From NCBI GenBank assembly GCA_021808365.1, contig JAKBBU010000004.1, positions 1 through 62,423 of the forward strand: DNA of 62,423 nt. Direction: 5' to 3'. The notes under the pieces are model-generated. The model was given only the letters and a program-made list of their open reading frames with translations, had not been told where the DNA came from and did no database searches. The DNA is from Pseudomonadota bacterium (lineage in GTDB: Bacteria; Pseudomonadota; Gammaproteobacteria; JAKBBU01). Position numbers and translations under genes: made by a program. Positions 44,761 to 53,871 of the stretch are shown here, one piece after another; the stretch's first letter is position 1, and the number at the start of each line of letters is the position of its first letter.

Positions 44761-45801
44761 ATGCAAATGGCTAAAATACTTACCCATGAGTTAAATAATC
44801 AAAAACTAGAGAAATATCTTGCAGAAGCATTAGCGACGTTTAAAGAAGAACTCAACAAGACTTCACAGAATGAAGCCGCCAAAGCGAAAGAACAAGAAGA
44901 AACAAAAATCCTGAATGAACAACTCAAACTCCATGCCGATCAACAAGAACACGCGGCTAAAGCCTACCGTGAAGAACCTACTGAATCTGGGGCTGAACAA
45001 CCAGTAGAAAATGTAAAGAAAAAACAAGGGCTTGTTTTGCCAACTGCTCCGAAGGCTGAAACTTCACAATCCAGGAAATTCTCAAAAGCATTTATCGAAC
45101 TCTCGAAGAAAACACATGAAGAAACAGCTGAACAAGGACGAACCCTTACAACAGCTATTGTTGAAATATTGGCAAATAACCCTGATACAGCTGGCATTAT
45201 AGAGGCAAATGGTGGCCGTGAACCATTTGCGGAACAATGTGCTAACGAAGTTGCTGAGAACATTCGTCGAGCCCCTCGCTATGATCAAGCGGACCAGGCA
45301 CAACTTAACAGAGTAGAAGAAAGCTATAATGCGCTTATTGATCGTGTCCGTATCGCAGTTCAAGCTAATCATTCAACAAATGATCTTGTTGATGTTAAAT
45401 CAATGTTGAATCAATTATTTGTTCAAGATCCTGCTCCTGAACAACAACCACAAGGTTCAATAGCTCCAGCTGCGACGCCTAAACCTAAATTTTCTTCCGC
45501 AAATAAATTTAAAACTAAACAAGAAGAAAAGGAAGATGAAGCAAATCTCTACATTTATAGTTCTAAGCTTGAGTTTATCCACGTTGTTGGAACATTGGAT
45601 TCGCGTGGTCTTCCTTTGCTAAGCATCATTAATAGCCTTGTTAGTGTTCGTAACGCACAAGCGCAAGAAGCCTTGTTTATTTCTTCTCAGAATATTTCAG
45701 GCTACCACCAAAGTCCAGCGGTTTTACTCCCTCCTCCAAGTCGGAAGCAAACACAGGATGAGGCTATTTTGAATCACCTATTTGGGTTCACGAAGAATTA
45801 G
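44761..45801 (+). CDS. Hypothetical coiled-coil, Glu/Lys/Gln-rich protein (candidate Dot/Icm substrate) in a tRNA-flanked islet
   Basis: 346 aa with no signal peptide and no family that I recognise. It has its own promoter and terminator. Confidence 0.6.
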   Translation: MQMAKILTHELNNQKLEKYLAEALATFKEELNKTSQNEAAKAKEQEETKILNEQLKLHADQQEHAAKAYREEPTESGAEQPVENVKKKQGLVLPTAPKAETSQSRKFSKAFIELSKKTHEETAEQGRTLTTAIVEILANNPDTAGIIEANGGREPFAEQCANEVAENIRRAPRYDQADQAQLNRVEESYNALIDRVRIAVQANHSTNDLVDVKSMLNQLFVQDPAPEQQPQGSIAPAATPKPKFSSANKFKTKQEEKEDEANLYIYSSKLEFIHVVGTLDSRGLPLLSIINSLVSVRNAQAQEALFISSQNISGYHQSPAVLLPPPSRKQTQDEAILNHLFGFTKN

Positions 45802-45847
45802 AGACTTTTCTCTTAAAAAGTATTTTTTGAAAAATGCTCTTAAAAAA

Positions 45848-45876
45848 CCGAATGAGGCAACTCATTCGGTTTTTTT
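45848..45876. terminator. Bidirectional intrinsic terminator
   Basis: aaaaaa ccgaatgag gcaa ctcattcgg ttttttt. Confidence 0.75.
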
Positions 45877-45909
45877 GTAACCGTAATCGTAATAGCTCAG
45901 TCCCATGCA

Positions 45910-46036
45910 GTGTCATCCCGGATATACTGGATTCCCCCCTTCGCGGAAATGACTGGGAAATAATAAGATTATGAGGTAAATTTCTCCTAAAGGAAGTGTT
46001 GGGTTACGCTCGGCCTTGAGGCCGCTCTAACCCAAC
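45910..46036. repeat. Cluster of short GC-rich repeats (gtcatcccgg / ggattcc..cgcgg.aatgac type and the gttgggttacgc...taacccaac hairpin)
   Basis: gtgtcatcccggatatactggattccccccttcgcggaaatgac lies at 45910-45952 and gttgggttacgctcggccttgaggccgctctaacccaac at 45998-46036. Related sequences are found at 16144-16270 and 61280-61427. Confidence 0.7.
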
Positions 46037-46052
46037 TTACACTTTAAGATTT

Positions 46053-46139
46053 TGGTACCGAGGGTCGGGATCGAACCGACACGGTGTCACCACCACCAAA
46101 TTTTGAGTCTGGCGCGTCTACCAGTTCCGCCACCCCGGC
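46053..46139 (-). tRNA. tRNA-Leu (anticodon CAA)
   Basis: The minus strand reads gccggggtggcggaactggtagacgcgccagactcaaaatttggtggtggtgacaccgtgtcggttcgatcccgaccctcggtacca. It has a long variable arm, the T arm GTCGG TTCGATC CCGAC, the anticodon loop CTCAAAA and an encoded CCA. Confidence 0.9.
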
Positions 46140-46162
46140 AAAGACTGGTAATATACAAGCCT

Positions 46163-46930
46163 ATGAACCAAAACGCAACTTTCATCACATTCAAACGCGG
46201 AGCCATCATTGCCCTCAGCTTCCTCATGCTCTGGCAACTCATCGTCGTTTTCTTACAATTACCAAATTATATCCTCCCAAGCCCCCTCGAAGTCTTAGCT
46301 GCCTTTAAACAACAGAGCTCTCTCATCATCCAACAAAGCTTGCCCACAATCATTGAAATGCTCTCTGGCTTATTTTTAGCCATCATTTTAGGCGGCAGTC
46401 TAGCCATTGCCATGATCTTTTTTCGTCCACTGGGAGCCTGGTTTCTCCCCTTACTCATCCTCAGCCAAGCCATCCCCGTTTTTGCGATTGCACCCTTGCT
46501 TGTGATTTGGTTCGGCTATGGACTCGCTTCAAAAATTATAACCACCATGCTCATGCTTTTTTTTCCAATTGCGAGTAACTTCTATGATGGACTTCGCCGT
46601 GTCGATCGCGGTTGGCTTGAGTTAGCACAAACGATGAATGCGCGCAGGAGTCGATTTTTATTGTTCATCGCAATTCCAGCAGCCCTTCCCTCGTTGGCCA
46701 CTGGCCTTCGCGTAGCAACGGCAATGGCTCCTATGGGTGCAGTGATCGGTGAGTGGGTAGGCGCAAGTAAGGGATTGGGATTTTTATTATTATTTGCCAA
46801 TGCGCGCATGCAGATCCCATTGATGTTTGCCTGCTTGGTCACACTCATATTATTTGCCGTCGCACTTTATTTTGGCGTGGACAAACTTTTAAAGATTTTA
46901 ATTCCTTGGGGAGCACCGTCGCATGAATAA
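46163..46930 (+). CDS. ABC transporter permease (NitT/TauT/ThiX-like family)
   Basis: The start was moved to MNQNATF at 46163 because the ORF's 5' extension overlaps tRNA-Leu. It has six TM helices and an EAA-like loop (GLRRVDRGWLELAQTMNA). Confidence 0.8.
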   Translation: MNQNATFITFKRGAIIALSFLMLWQLIVVFLQLPNYILPSPLEVLAAFKQQSSLIIQQSLPTIIEMLSGLFLAIILGGSLAIAMIFFRPLGAWFLPLLILSQAIPVFAIAPLLVIWFGYGLASKIITTMLMLFFPIASNFYDGLRRVDRGWLELAQTMNARRSRFLLFIAIPAALPSLATGLRVATAMAPMGAVIGEWVGASKGLGFLLLFANARMQIPLMFACLVTLILFAVALYFGVDKLLKILIPWGAPSHE

Positions 46931-46932
46931 AT

Positions 46933-47003
46933 TTATAGCATTTCTTACATTTACGTGTTGTGGTATTGGTGTAGCTTTCTCTGTGATTGATCAATGTAAG
47001 AAA
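46933..47003. repeat. Degenerate, internally deleted copy of the REP-like palindromic element
   Basis: ttatagcatttcttacattt acgtgttgtggtattggtgtagctttctctgtgattgatcaatgtaagaaa. About 28 nt of the left arm are missing. It spans the permease stop and the 5' end of the binding-protein ORF. Confidence 0.7.
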
Positions 47004-47960
47004 GGATTTAAATATATTCTTTGTTTTTTATTATTGTTTTTTTCAACAATGGCTTTTAGTCAAGCACCCGCCCAACCCAAACCTGACAAACTCACCGTGA
47101 TTCTCGACTGGTTCCCAAATCCTAGTCACGCTCCGTTATTTGTCGCACAAGAACAAGGCTTTTTTAAACAGCAAAATTTAGACGTAAAATTATTAGGCCC
47201 CGCGGATCCTGATGATCCACCTAAACTCGTCGCGGCAGGTCATGCTGATTTAGCGCTGACCTATGAACCACAATTAATGATCGATGTGGATCGCGGCCTG
47301 CCCTTGATTCAAGTCGGCACCTTGATTGCCACACCACTCACATCCCTTGCTGTGCTTGAAACAAGTTCTATAAAACAATTAGCTGATTTAAAAGGCAAAC
47401 GCATTGGTTACAGCAGTCCCAGTTCTGATCTGCCTGTCTTAGCTGTGATGTTAAAACAAGCTAACTTAACTTTAAAAGATGTCAACCTGATTAATGTTCA
47501 TTATGATCTGACCCAAGCCTTACTGAGCAAGAAAGTGGATGCGGTAATCGGCATGGGCCGCAATTTTGAATTGATTCAAATGGCGCAATCAGGGCATCCT
47601 GCTCGCGCATTTTATCCTGAAAATTTAGGAGTTCCTAATTATAGTGAATTAGTCATTATTGCAAATAAAAAAGAAGTCAATGATACAAGGCTTTCACGAT
47701 TTATGATCGCCTTACAAGAAGCAACGCTGTATTTGATTAATCACCCTGAAGAAACTTGGCTTACCTTTGCAAAAGAACACCCTGAATTAAATAATACCCT
47801 TAACCATACTTCATGGACTCAAACACTACCGCGATTTGCATTGCGTCCAGCTATTTATGATCCGATTGAATATCAACGATTCGCCACTTTCTTAAAAGAA
47901 CAAGGTGTCATTAAAAAAGTTGAACCTTCGTCGGATTATGCCGTTGTTTTACCCCATTAG
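46983..47960 (+). CDS. ABC transporter periplasmic substrate-binding protein (NMT1/THI5/ThiY-like)
   Basis: KLTVILDWFPNPSHAPLFVAQEQGFF is typical of this family. A GTG start at 46983 gives a clean signal peptide, (M)IDQCKKGFKYILCFLLLFFSTMAFSQA. The ATG at 46923 lies inside the repeat. Confidence 0.75.
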   Translation: MIDQCKKGFKYILCFLLLFFSTMAFSQAPAQPKPDKLTVILDWFPNPSHAPLFVAQEQGFFKQQNLDVKLLGPADPDDPPKLVAAGHADLALTYEPQLMIDVDRGLPLIQVGTLIATPLTSLAVLETSSIKQLADLKGKRIGYSSPSSDLPVLAVMLKQANLTLKDVNLINVHYDLTQALLSKKVDAVIGMGRNFELIQMAQSGHPARAFYPENLGVPNYSELVIIANKKEVNDTRLSRFMIALQEATLYLINHPEETWLTFAKEHPELNNTLNHTSWTQTLPRFALRPAIYDPIEYQRFATFLKEQGVIKKVEPSSDYAVVLPH

Positions 47961-47969
47961 AGAACAAAA

Positions 47970-49013
47970 ATGAAAAAACAATTTAAAGCCGTTTCACTCA
48001 TTTCAGGTGGCTTAGACTCCATGCTGGCTACACAAACCATTATGAACCAAGGTATCCATGTCGAGGGCATTAATTTTTTCACCGGTTTTTGTGTGGAAGG
48101 TCATACACAAGCGATTCGCGATGACCAGAAAAAGCCAAAACGAAATAATGCACTCTGGGTTGCAGAGCGTTTAGGAATTAAACTTCATATCATCGATATT
48201 GTTGAAGAATACAAGCAAGTTGTTTTAAATCCGAAACATGGTTATGGTGCTTATTTGAATCCTTGCCTCGATTGTAAAATTTTCATGGTCAATCGTGCGA
48301 AGCAATGGATGGAAGAAAATGAGTTTGATTTTATCATCACCGGTGAAGTGATTGGGCAACGCCCAAAATCTCAACGTAAAGCCACCATGCCGATTGTCGC
48401 AAAAGAATCAGGTGCACATGACCGTTTATTGCGCCCGCTGTGCGCGAAGAATTTACCGCCTACCTTGCCTGAAAGGGAAGGTTGGGTTGATCGTGAAAAA
48501 TTATTTTCATTTTCAGGGCGAAGCCGCAAACCCCAAATTGAATTAGCGGCTAAATATAAGATCGAAGACTACGCACAGCCAGCTGGCGGTTGTTGTTTTT
48601 TAACGAATGAGCACTATTCATCAAAATTAGCCGACCTTTGGCAACACCGCGGTGAAAAAACGTATGAACTCGATGACATCATGTTATTAAAAGTAGGCCG
48701 CCATTTGCGCCCAAGTCCAAATTTCAAATTAATCATTGGGCGCGAATCGGGTGAAAATTATTATTTAGAAGGTTATCGGCACGACTTCATTCATCTGCGT
48801 TGCCCTGATCATGTCGGTGCAATGATCTTGCTCGACGGCTCACCGACGGCAGAAGATCTCGAACTCGCTGCTCGAATCGCCGCTCGCTTTAGCGCTGGGC
48901 GCGATGAAGCGCTAGTGACTGTAGAAATTGATAATGCAAAAGATTTGACCCGAACGCTGCAAGTTAAGCCGATCACTCAAGATGAGATACCGAAGGAGTG
49001 GTATATTGCTTAG
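47970..49013 (+). CDS. PP-loop ATP pyrophosphatase superfamily protein (ThiI/MnmA-like; exact function unknown)
   Basis: SLISGGLDSMLA matches the SGGxDS PP-loop motif. Conserved Cys residues are present (NPCLDCK, GGCCF). 347 aa. Confidence 0.55.
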   Translation: MKKQFKAVSLISGGLDSMLATQTIMNQGIHVEGINFFTGFCVEGHTQAIRDDQKKPKRNNALWVAERLGIKLHIIDIVEEYKQVVLNPKHGYGAYLNPCLDCKIFMVNRAKQWMEENEFDFIITGEVIGQRPKSQRKATMPIVAKESGAHDRLLRPLCAKNLPPTLPEREGWVDREKLFSFSGRSRKPQIELAAKYKIEDYAQPAGGCCFLTNEHYSSKLADLWQHRGEKTYELDDIMLLKVGRHLRPSPNFKLIIGRESGENYYLEGYRHDFIHLRCPDHVGAMILLDGSPTAEDLELAARIAARFSAGRDEALVTVEIDNAKDLTRTLQVKPITQDEIPKEWYIA

Positions 49014-49021
49014 TATACGTT

Positions 49022-49138
49022 GTCATATGGTTACTGCTCAGCCTCTTCATAGGAAGGTCCATTTTTGGCCTAGGTTGGACGAAAAATTGAACGCTCTCTT
49101 AACTTCACCATCCGGGCTGAGTAGTAACGTTATATGAG
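49022..49138. repeat. Intergenic inverted-repeat element sharing a motif with 38166-38287
   Basis: The arms are gtcatatggttactgctcagcc and ggctgagtagtaacgttatatgag. The interior carries ggcctaggttggacgaaaaattgaacg. Confidence 0.6.
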
Positions 49139-49147
49139 AAAAACCTC

Positions 49148-49202
49148 TTGACTTTCACCATATAGCTCTCTATAATTATAACCATAGGCATATGACCATG
49201 GT
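49148..49202 (+). promoter_or_regulatory. Consensus-like promoter (TTGACT-N17-TATAAT) plus a near-palindromic operator for the toxin-antitoxin operon
   Basis: ttgact lies at 49148-49153 and tataat at 49171-49176. It is followed by aaccataggcatatgaccatggtt (49179-49202), which has aaccat/atggtt arms. Confidence 0.55.
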
Positions 49203-49219
49203 TTAGTTCAGGAGACTTC

Positions 49220-49447
49220 GTGCAAAAAACTATCGCAGCAGGCCAATTTAAAACTAAATGCCTTCAGTTAATGGATGAAGTACAAAAAAAGCATTTAACG
49301 TTAGTGATCACTAAACATGGTGTACCTGTAGCTAAATTAATCCCTGCAGAAGAAAAACCTATTAATTTATATGGCGCTTTAAGAGGAGCTATAACCATAA
49401 AAGATAACATTATTGCCCCTCTTGATGAGCCATGGGATGCAGAATAA
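49220..49447 (+). CDS. Type II antitoxin, Phd/YefM family
   Basis: 75 aa with a GTG start after the RBS aggaga. AAGQFKTKCLQLMDEVQKKHLTLVITKHGVPVAKLIP is typical of Phd/YefM. Confidence 0.85.
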   Translation: MQKTIAAGQFKTKCLQLMDEVQKKHLTLVITKHGVPVAKLIPAEEKPINLYGALRGAITIKDNIIAPLDEPWDAE

Positions 49448-49860
49448 TGAAAGGGTTGCTATTGGACACTCATGTATGGATTTGGTTAATGGAAGGCAGT
49501 ACAGAATTAAAGCTTCGGCAACAAAAAATCATTAATGAAGCAGCTCAGCAGAGTACGGTAAATATTGCGGCAATATCAGTCTGGGAAACAGCTATGCTTG
49601 CCACAAAAGGTCGCATTAAAGTAGAAAAATCGTTATTAGCTTGGGTCCAAGAAGCACTCGCATTACCCGGCATTGAGCTAAAACCCTTAACTCCAGAAAT
49701 AGCGGTAGAGAGTTCACAACTACCTGGAAATTTTCATGGTGATGCTGCAGATCGTCTGATTGTTGCTACTGCACGTTTGCACCAACTGACTTTATTGACT
49801 CGTGACCAAAAAATTCTAAACTATGCAAAAAAAGGACACATTTCAGTAATTGCCATCTGA
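49447..49860 (+). CDS. vapC: Type II toxin, PIN-domain VapC family
   Basis: 137 aa counted from the ATG at 49447, which overlaps the antitoxin stop (TAATG). LLDTHVWIW...DAADRLIVATA...LLTRD supplies the PIN acidic residues. Confidence 0.85.
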   Translation: MKGLLLDTHVWIWLMEGSTELKLRQQKIINEAAQQSTVNIAAISVWETAMLATKGRIKVEKSLLAWVQEALALPGIELKPLTPEIAVESSQLPGNFHGDAADRLIVATARLHQLTLLTRDQKILNYAKKGHISVIAI

Positions 49861-49887
49861 AAATCATCGAATCAAGAAGACGTTTAT

Positions 49888-50889
49888 TTATAACTTCGAC
49901 GCCCAACGCCAATGATCTTCACATATTTCGTTTAACGTTCGATGTGTTTTCCAACCTAGTTTTTCATAAGCTAAAGCCGGATCAGCCCAACACTCTGCAA
50001 CATCACCAGGGCGTCGCGGTTCAATTTGATATGGGATTTTTTTGCCGCTTGCTTTCTCAAACGCATGAACCATTTGAAGCACACTCACACCATGGCCTGT
50101 ACCTAAATTCAGCGTTAATATGCCCTCATGATCATGAAGATAATTTAAAGCAGCAATATGACCTTCCACCAAATCCATCACATGAATATAATCACGCACA
50201 CCCGTACCATCAAGGGTTGGATAATCATTACCAAACACCGGTAAATATTCTTGTAACCCTTGTGCAACGCGCGAAATATCAGGGATTAAATTCGTTGGGA
50301 TCCCTTCGGGATCATCACCAATTAAACCACTCACATGAGCACCGCCAGGATTAAAATAACGCAAACAAGCAATTCGCCAATCTGGTTCTGCCTGCGATAA
50401 ATCCTTTAGAATCGTTTCGATCATCAGCTTGGTTCGCCCATAGGGACAGGTTGGTGTACAAGGTGCATCTTCACGAAGGTGGGCTGCCGTTGGGCTTCCA
50501 TAGACTGCTGCTGAAGAAGAAAATACCAAGGTTTTTACGTGAGCTGCTTGCATAGCAGCAAGTAAATTCAGTGTGCCGGTGACATTATTGTTGTAATAAT
50601 CCAAGGGTTTTTTAACAGATTCACTCACCGCCTTAAGCCCCGCAAAATGCATCACGGCACAAGGTTCATATTTTTTAAAAATTTTTTCAAGGCGATCACG
50701 ATCAGCGATGCTGCCATTAATAAATTCAGGTATTGTATTTGTAATTTTAGCAAGGCGATCGAGTACACTTGAGTGACTATTACCGAAATTATCGAAGATG
50801 ATCGGGTTGTAACCCGCCTCAACAAGGGCAATATAGGCATGAGATCCAACATAGCCCGCGCCGCCCGTTAAAAGAATTGATTTAGACAT
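49888..50889 (-). CDS. galE: UDP-glucose 4-epimerase
   Basis: The start was set at MSKSILLTGGAGYVGSH. The catalytic YGRTK motif is present and the C-terminus is GalE-like. Confidence 0.9.
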   Translation of the reverse strand: MSKSILLTGGAGYVGSHAYIALVEAGYNPIIFDNFGNSHSSVLDRLAKITNTIPEFINGSIADRDRLEKIFKKYEPCAVMHFAGLKAVSESVKKPLDYYNNNVTGTLNLLAAMQAAHVKTLVFSSSAAVYGSPTAAHLREDAPCTPTCPYGRTKLMIETILKDLSQAEPDWRIACLRYFNPGGAHVSGLIGDDPEGIPTNLIPDISRVAQGLQEYLPVFGNDYPTLDGTGVRDYIHVMDLVEGHIAALNYLHDHEGILTLNLGTGHGVSVLQMVHAFEKASGKKIPYQIEPRRPGDVAECWADPALAYEKLGWKTHRTLNEICEDHWRWASKL

Positions 50890-50918
50890 GTTGCTCTTCC
50901 ATGAGTTAGGTTTTTCCA

Positions 50919-52382
50919 TTAATTGAGATGCAAATCCTGCCAATCTACTTTATCGCTAAACTTCTTGATGATCCAACAAAGTATAGCAGTGATCACACAA
51001 GCGCCAACTAAGATCGCAATTAAAATTTCAAATCCATGTAAATACTGTGTTTTAACTTGAACCAGTGACAGCGTTTTATCATCGATCGCGGTGAGTTTTG
51101 CCAATTGACCTGATAAAAACCCCCCGATGCCTAATGACACAAAAAACACACCCATCAAGGTACTCACTACATGTTCGCTTGACAATTGCGTCACGGCAGA
51201 AAGGCCGATGGGTGATAACATTAATTCTGCCAAGGAAATCATTAAGTATGCACCAAGTATTGGTACCGCAGAAATCAAGGCTAACGACGTTACATTCGAC
51301 GTTGAAAAAAGAATAATGGTATAAGCCGCTAGCATACACAGCATCGAAATCATAAATTTGATGCTGATGGCATGCGCAATGTTTTTATAACGGATGGTCG
51401 ACCAAAATCTAGCGAGCACAATCCCAAAGATAATCATCCCAAAACTTTGTACCGAGACATAATAAGGCGCTGGGAAATGGATCCCAAACACGATGGGTTG
51501 AACCGCTCGAGTGATAAAAAGGGTCAAGGCCATGAACATTTCAAAATAAAACGACCAAAAGAAAACAGAGATCACAAACAATAAGAGTAAAGATAATGTT
51601 TTATACCGTTGTTCGGATTGCTCTTGATAGGCAATGCGCAACACAATCCCCACAGAAATAAGAACCACACCACCAAAGAAAAAATTCGCCATGTCAGGAT
51701 TATTTAAAACAAAGAAAAACACAATGTACGCTAAAAAAAGAACGCCGCCCGCGATACTCCAATTGGCTATCGCTCCACGTTGTGGCGTTGAGTATTCTTG
51801 AACTTTTAAAACACGCGTACCAAAATAAAAAACAAGAAAAGCTAAGATGAGCCCGATTGCAGCGCTGATAAAACACGTCGACCATCCAAATGCTTTTTGT
51901 AATTGGCTCGGTAAGGTTGTTCCTAAAATAATACCTGTTGTGATGCCAAGATAAAAAATGGTAAACCCACTGTCCCGTCTTGGGTCAGAAATTTTATATT
52001 GTTTCCCAAGAAGGGCCGACACATTGGGTTTTAATAAGCCCGTTCCTGTTGCAATCATGGCTAATGACAACAGTAAATGATGTAAATTTGTTGAAAATGC
52101 GAGAACGACATAACTACAAAATAGGAACACAGCACCCGCAAGCACACTCACACGTTGACCTAAAAAATTGTCAGCAATCCATCCGCCGATGATCGGTGAA
52201 ATGTAGGTCAATGCAGTAAATGAACCCACGAGCATGTAGGTTTGTTTATCGCCAATGCCCAGATGCAGGGACAAATAAAGCGCAAGTAGCGCTTGAACGA
52301 CGTAGAAACCATAACGTTCCCACATTTCTGTGGAGAAGAAAACCGTGAGAATTTTTGTGGGTCTCGAAATCGCATCAAGCAT
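50919..52382 (-). CDS. Proton-dependent oligopeptide transporter (POT/PTR2 family)
   Basis: The PTR2 signature is present (FFSTEMWERYGFYVVQALLALYL; GGWIADNFLGQR). 487 aa with about 14 TM helices. Confidence 0.85.
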   Translation of the reverse strand: MLDAISRPTKILTVFFSTEMWERYGFYVVQALLALYLSLHLGIGDKQTYMLVGSFTALTYISPIIGGWIADNFLGQRVSVLAGAVFLFCSYVVLAFSTNLHHLLLSLAMIATGTGLLKPNVSALLGKQYKISDPRRDSGFTIFYLGITTGIILGTTLPSQLQKAFGWSTCFISAAIGLILAFLVFYFGTRVLKVQEYSTPQRGAIANWSIAGGVLFLAYIVFFFVLNNPDMANFFFGGVVLISVGIVLRIAYQEQSEQRYKTLSLLLLFVISVFFWSFYFEMFMALTLFITRAVQPIVFGIHFPAPYYVSVQSFGMIIFGIVLARFWSTIRYKNIAHAISIKFMISMLCMLAAYTIILFSTSNVTSLALISAVPILGAYLMISLAELMLSPIGLSAVTQLSSEHVVSTLMGVFFVSLGIGGFLSGQLAKLTAIDDKTLSLVQVKTQYLHGFEILIAILVGACVITAILCWIIKKFSDKVDWQDLHLN

Positions 52383-52423
52383 GCTGAGTCCTTTTTAATG
52401 ACGATGACTAAAAGTATACACCA

Positions 52424-53641
52424 TCACAAAAAAGAAGTGCCATGATCCAAAGGCTTACTCCCAAGATGTTTGGCTACGGTTTGTCCAATATCTGCAAACG
52501 TCGAACGTAAACCAATATCTTCTGTACGGATCGAAGGTCCAAATGCCAACACGGGAATATACTCTCGCGTATGATCAGAACCTGGCGCTGTAGGATCACA
52601 CCCATGATCAGCAGTAATAATCACCAAATCACCTGGTTGCAAAACGGCGTACAATTCTGGCAAACGCGCATCAAAGGCTTCTAATGCAGCTGCATAACCG
52701 GCAACATCGCGACGATGCCCATAAAGCGTATCAAAATCAACAAAATTTGCAAAAATCAAAGCGCCGTCTGTCGCTCTGCGAATAGCTTGTAACGTTATAT
52801 CAAATAATTTATCGTTATTTTCACCTTTAAGCGTTTCACTCACGCCCCGCCGCGCAAAAATATCCCCAACTTTTCCAATTGCAATAACTTCACGCCCTGA
52901 TTGCAATAAATTATCTAATAACGTTAGTTCTGGTGGAGGAACAGGAATATCACGCCGATTGGCTGTTCGTTTAAAATGACCTGGCACACCTACAAAAGGC
53001 CGCGCAATCACACGCCCAATGTTGTAATCGTCTACTAATCGACGTGCAATTGCACAAATCTCATATAACCGATCTAATCCAAAATAAATTTCATGGCAAG
53101 CAATTTGAAAAACACTATCGCCCGATGTGTATACAATCGGCCGACCCGTTTTAATATGCTCTGTGCCCAATTCATCAATGATCTTGGTACCGGAAGCATG
53201 ACAATTACCAAGGATCCCAGGTATTTTGGCTTCCTTGATAAAGGCAGAAACCAGAGCTTCTGGAAAACTCGGGTAATTGGGCGGAAAATAACCCCATTCA
53301 AAAAGAACGGGCACACCGGCCATTTCCCAATGTCCACTGGGAGTATCTTTTCCGCAACTTTGCTCCTGGGCATAACCATAAAGCCCATGAATAGTCTGAG
53401 TCGTCACTAACTCTGGGATAGTTTCATTGGCGCTCGCCATTGCAGCTAATCCAAGACCTTGTTGCAGAAGGTGAGGGATCTTGAGCATCCCCTGCCGAAG
53501 TCCTTCTCGATCCGCCAAACCTTTTGCACAATGTTCTGCAATGTGTCTCAATGTATTTGCGCCCACATCACCATAATGTGATGCATCTTGGCTTGCACCT
53601 ATTCCAAAAGAATCTAGTACTAAAATAATCGCTCGAGGCAT
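52424..53641 (-). CDS. deoB: Phosphopentomutase
   Basis: 405 aa. [15 protein letters not shown] and [10 protein letters not shown] are typical DeoB metal-binding motifs. Confidence 0.9.
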   Translation of the reverse strand: MPRAIILVLDSFGIGASQDASHYGDVGANTLRHIAEHCAKGLADREGLRQGMLKIPHLLQQGLGLAAMASANETIPELVTTQTIHGLYGYAQEQSCGKDTPSGHWEMAGVPVLFEWGYFPPNYPSFPEALVSAFIKEAKIPGILGNCHASGTKIIDELGTEHIKTGRPIVYTSGDSVFQIACHEIYFGLDRLYEICAIARRLVDDYNIGRVIARPFVGVPGHFKRTANRRDIPVPPPELTLLDNLLQSGREVIAIGKVGDIFARRGVSETLKGENNDKLFDITLQAIRRATDGALIFANFVDFDTLYGHRRDVAGYAAALEAFDARLPELYAVLQPGDLVIITADHGCDPTAPGSDHTREYIPVLAFGPSIRTEDIGLRSTFADIGQTVAKHLGSKPLDHGTSFL

Positions 53642-53747
53642 GTTTTACTCCATGGCTTGCGCCTTTGTTATATAGTTGGAGAGCCTAACATTTGCATGCC
53701 TTTAAAAAAACCTATCGAAAAAAATAGGACCTGAAAAAATTTTTCAG

Positions 53748-53855
53748 ATTATAGCATTTCTCATATTTATCGAATACAAGGAAAGCTGCACCAATACCAC
53801 AACACGTATTGGTGCAGCTTTCCTTGTATTCGATAAATATGAGAAATGCTATAAT
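53748..53855. repeat. REP-like palindromic element, full-length form, 108 bp, perfect 50-bp arms
   Basis: attatagcatttctcatatttatcgaatacaaggaaagctgcaccaatac cacaacac followed by its exact reverse complement (checked). It lies between the co-directional minus-strand genes MFS and deoB. Confidence 0.95.
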
Positions 53856-53871
53856 CAAAATTCAAATTGAT

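Noticed and set aside
46052-46162. N-terminal 37 codons of ORF 46052-46930 (MVPRVGIEPTRCHHH...)
   Set aside because: This stretch is the reverse complement of tRNA-Leu(CAA). VGIEPT is the classic tRNA T-arm translation artefact. The real permease start is the ATG at 46163.
44412-46162. Integrase, prophage or integrative element at the tRNA genes
   Set aside because: No integrase or recombinase ORF was found, and no direct repeat of a tRNA 3' end was noticed. The interval holds only one ORF plus short repeats.
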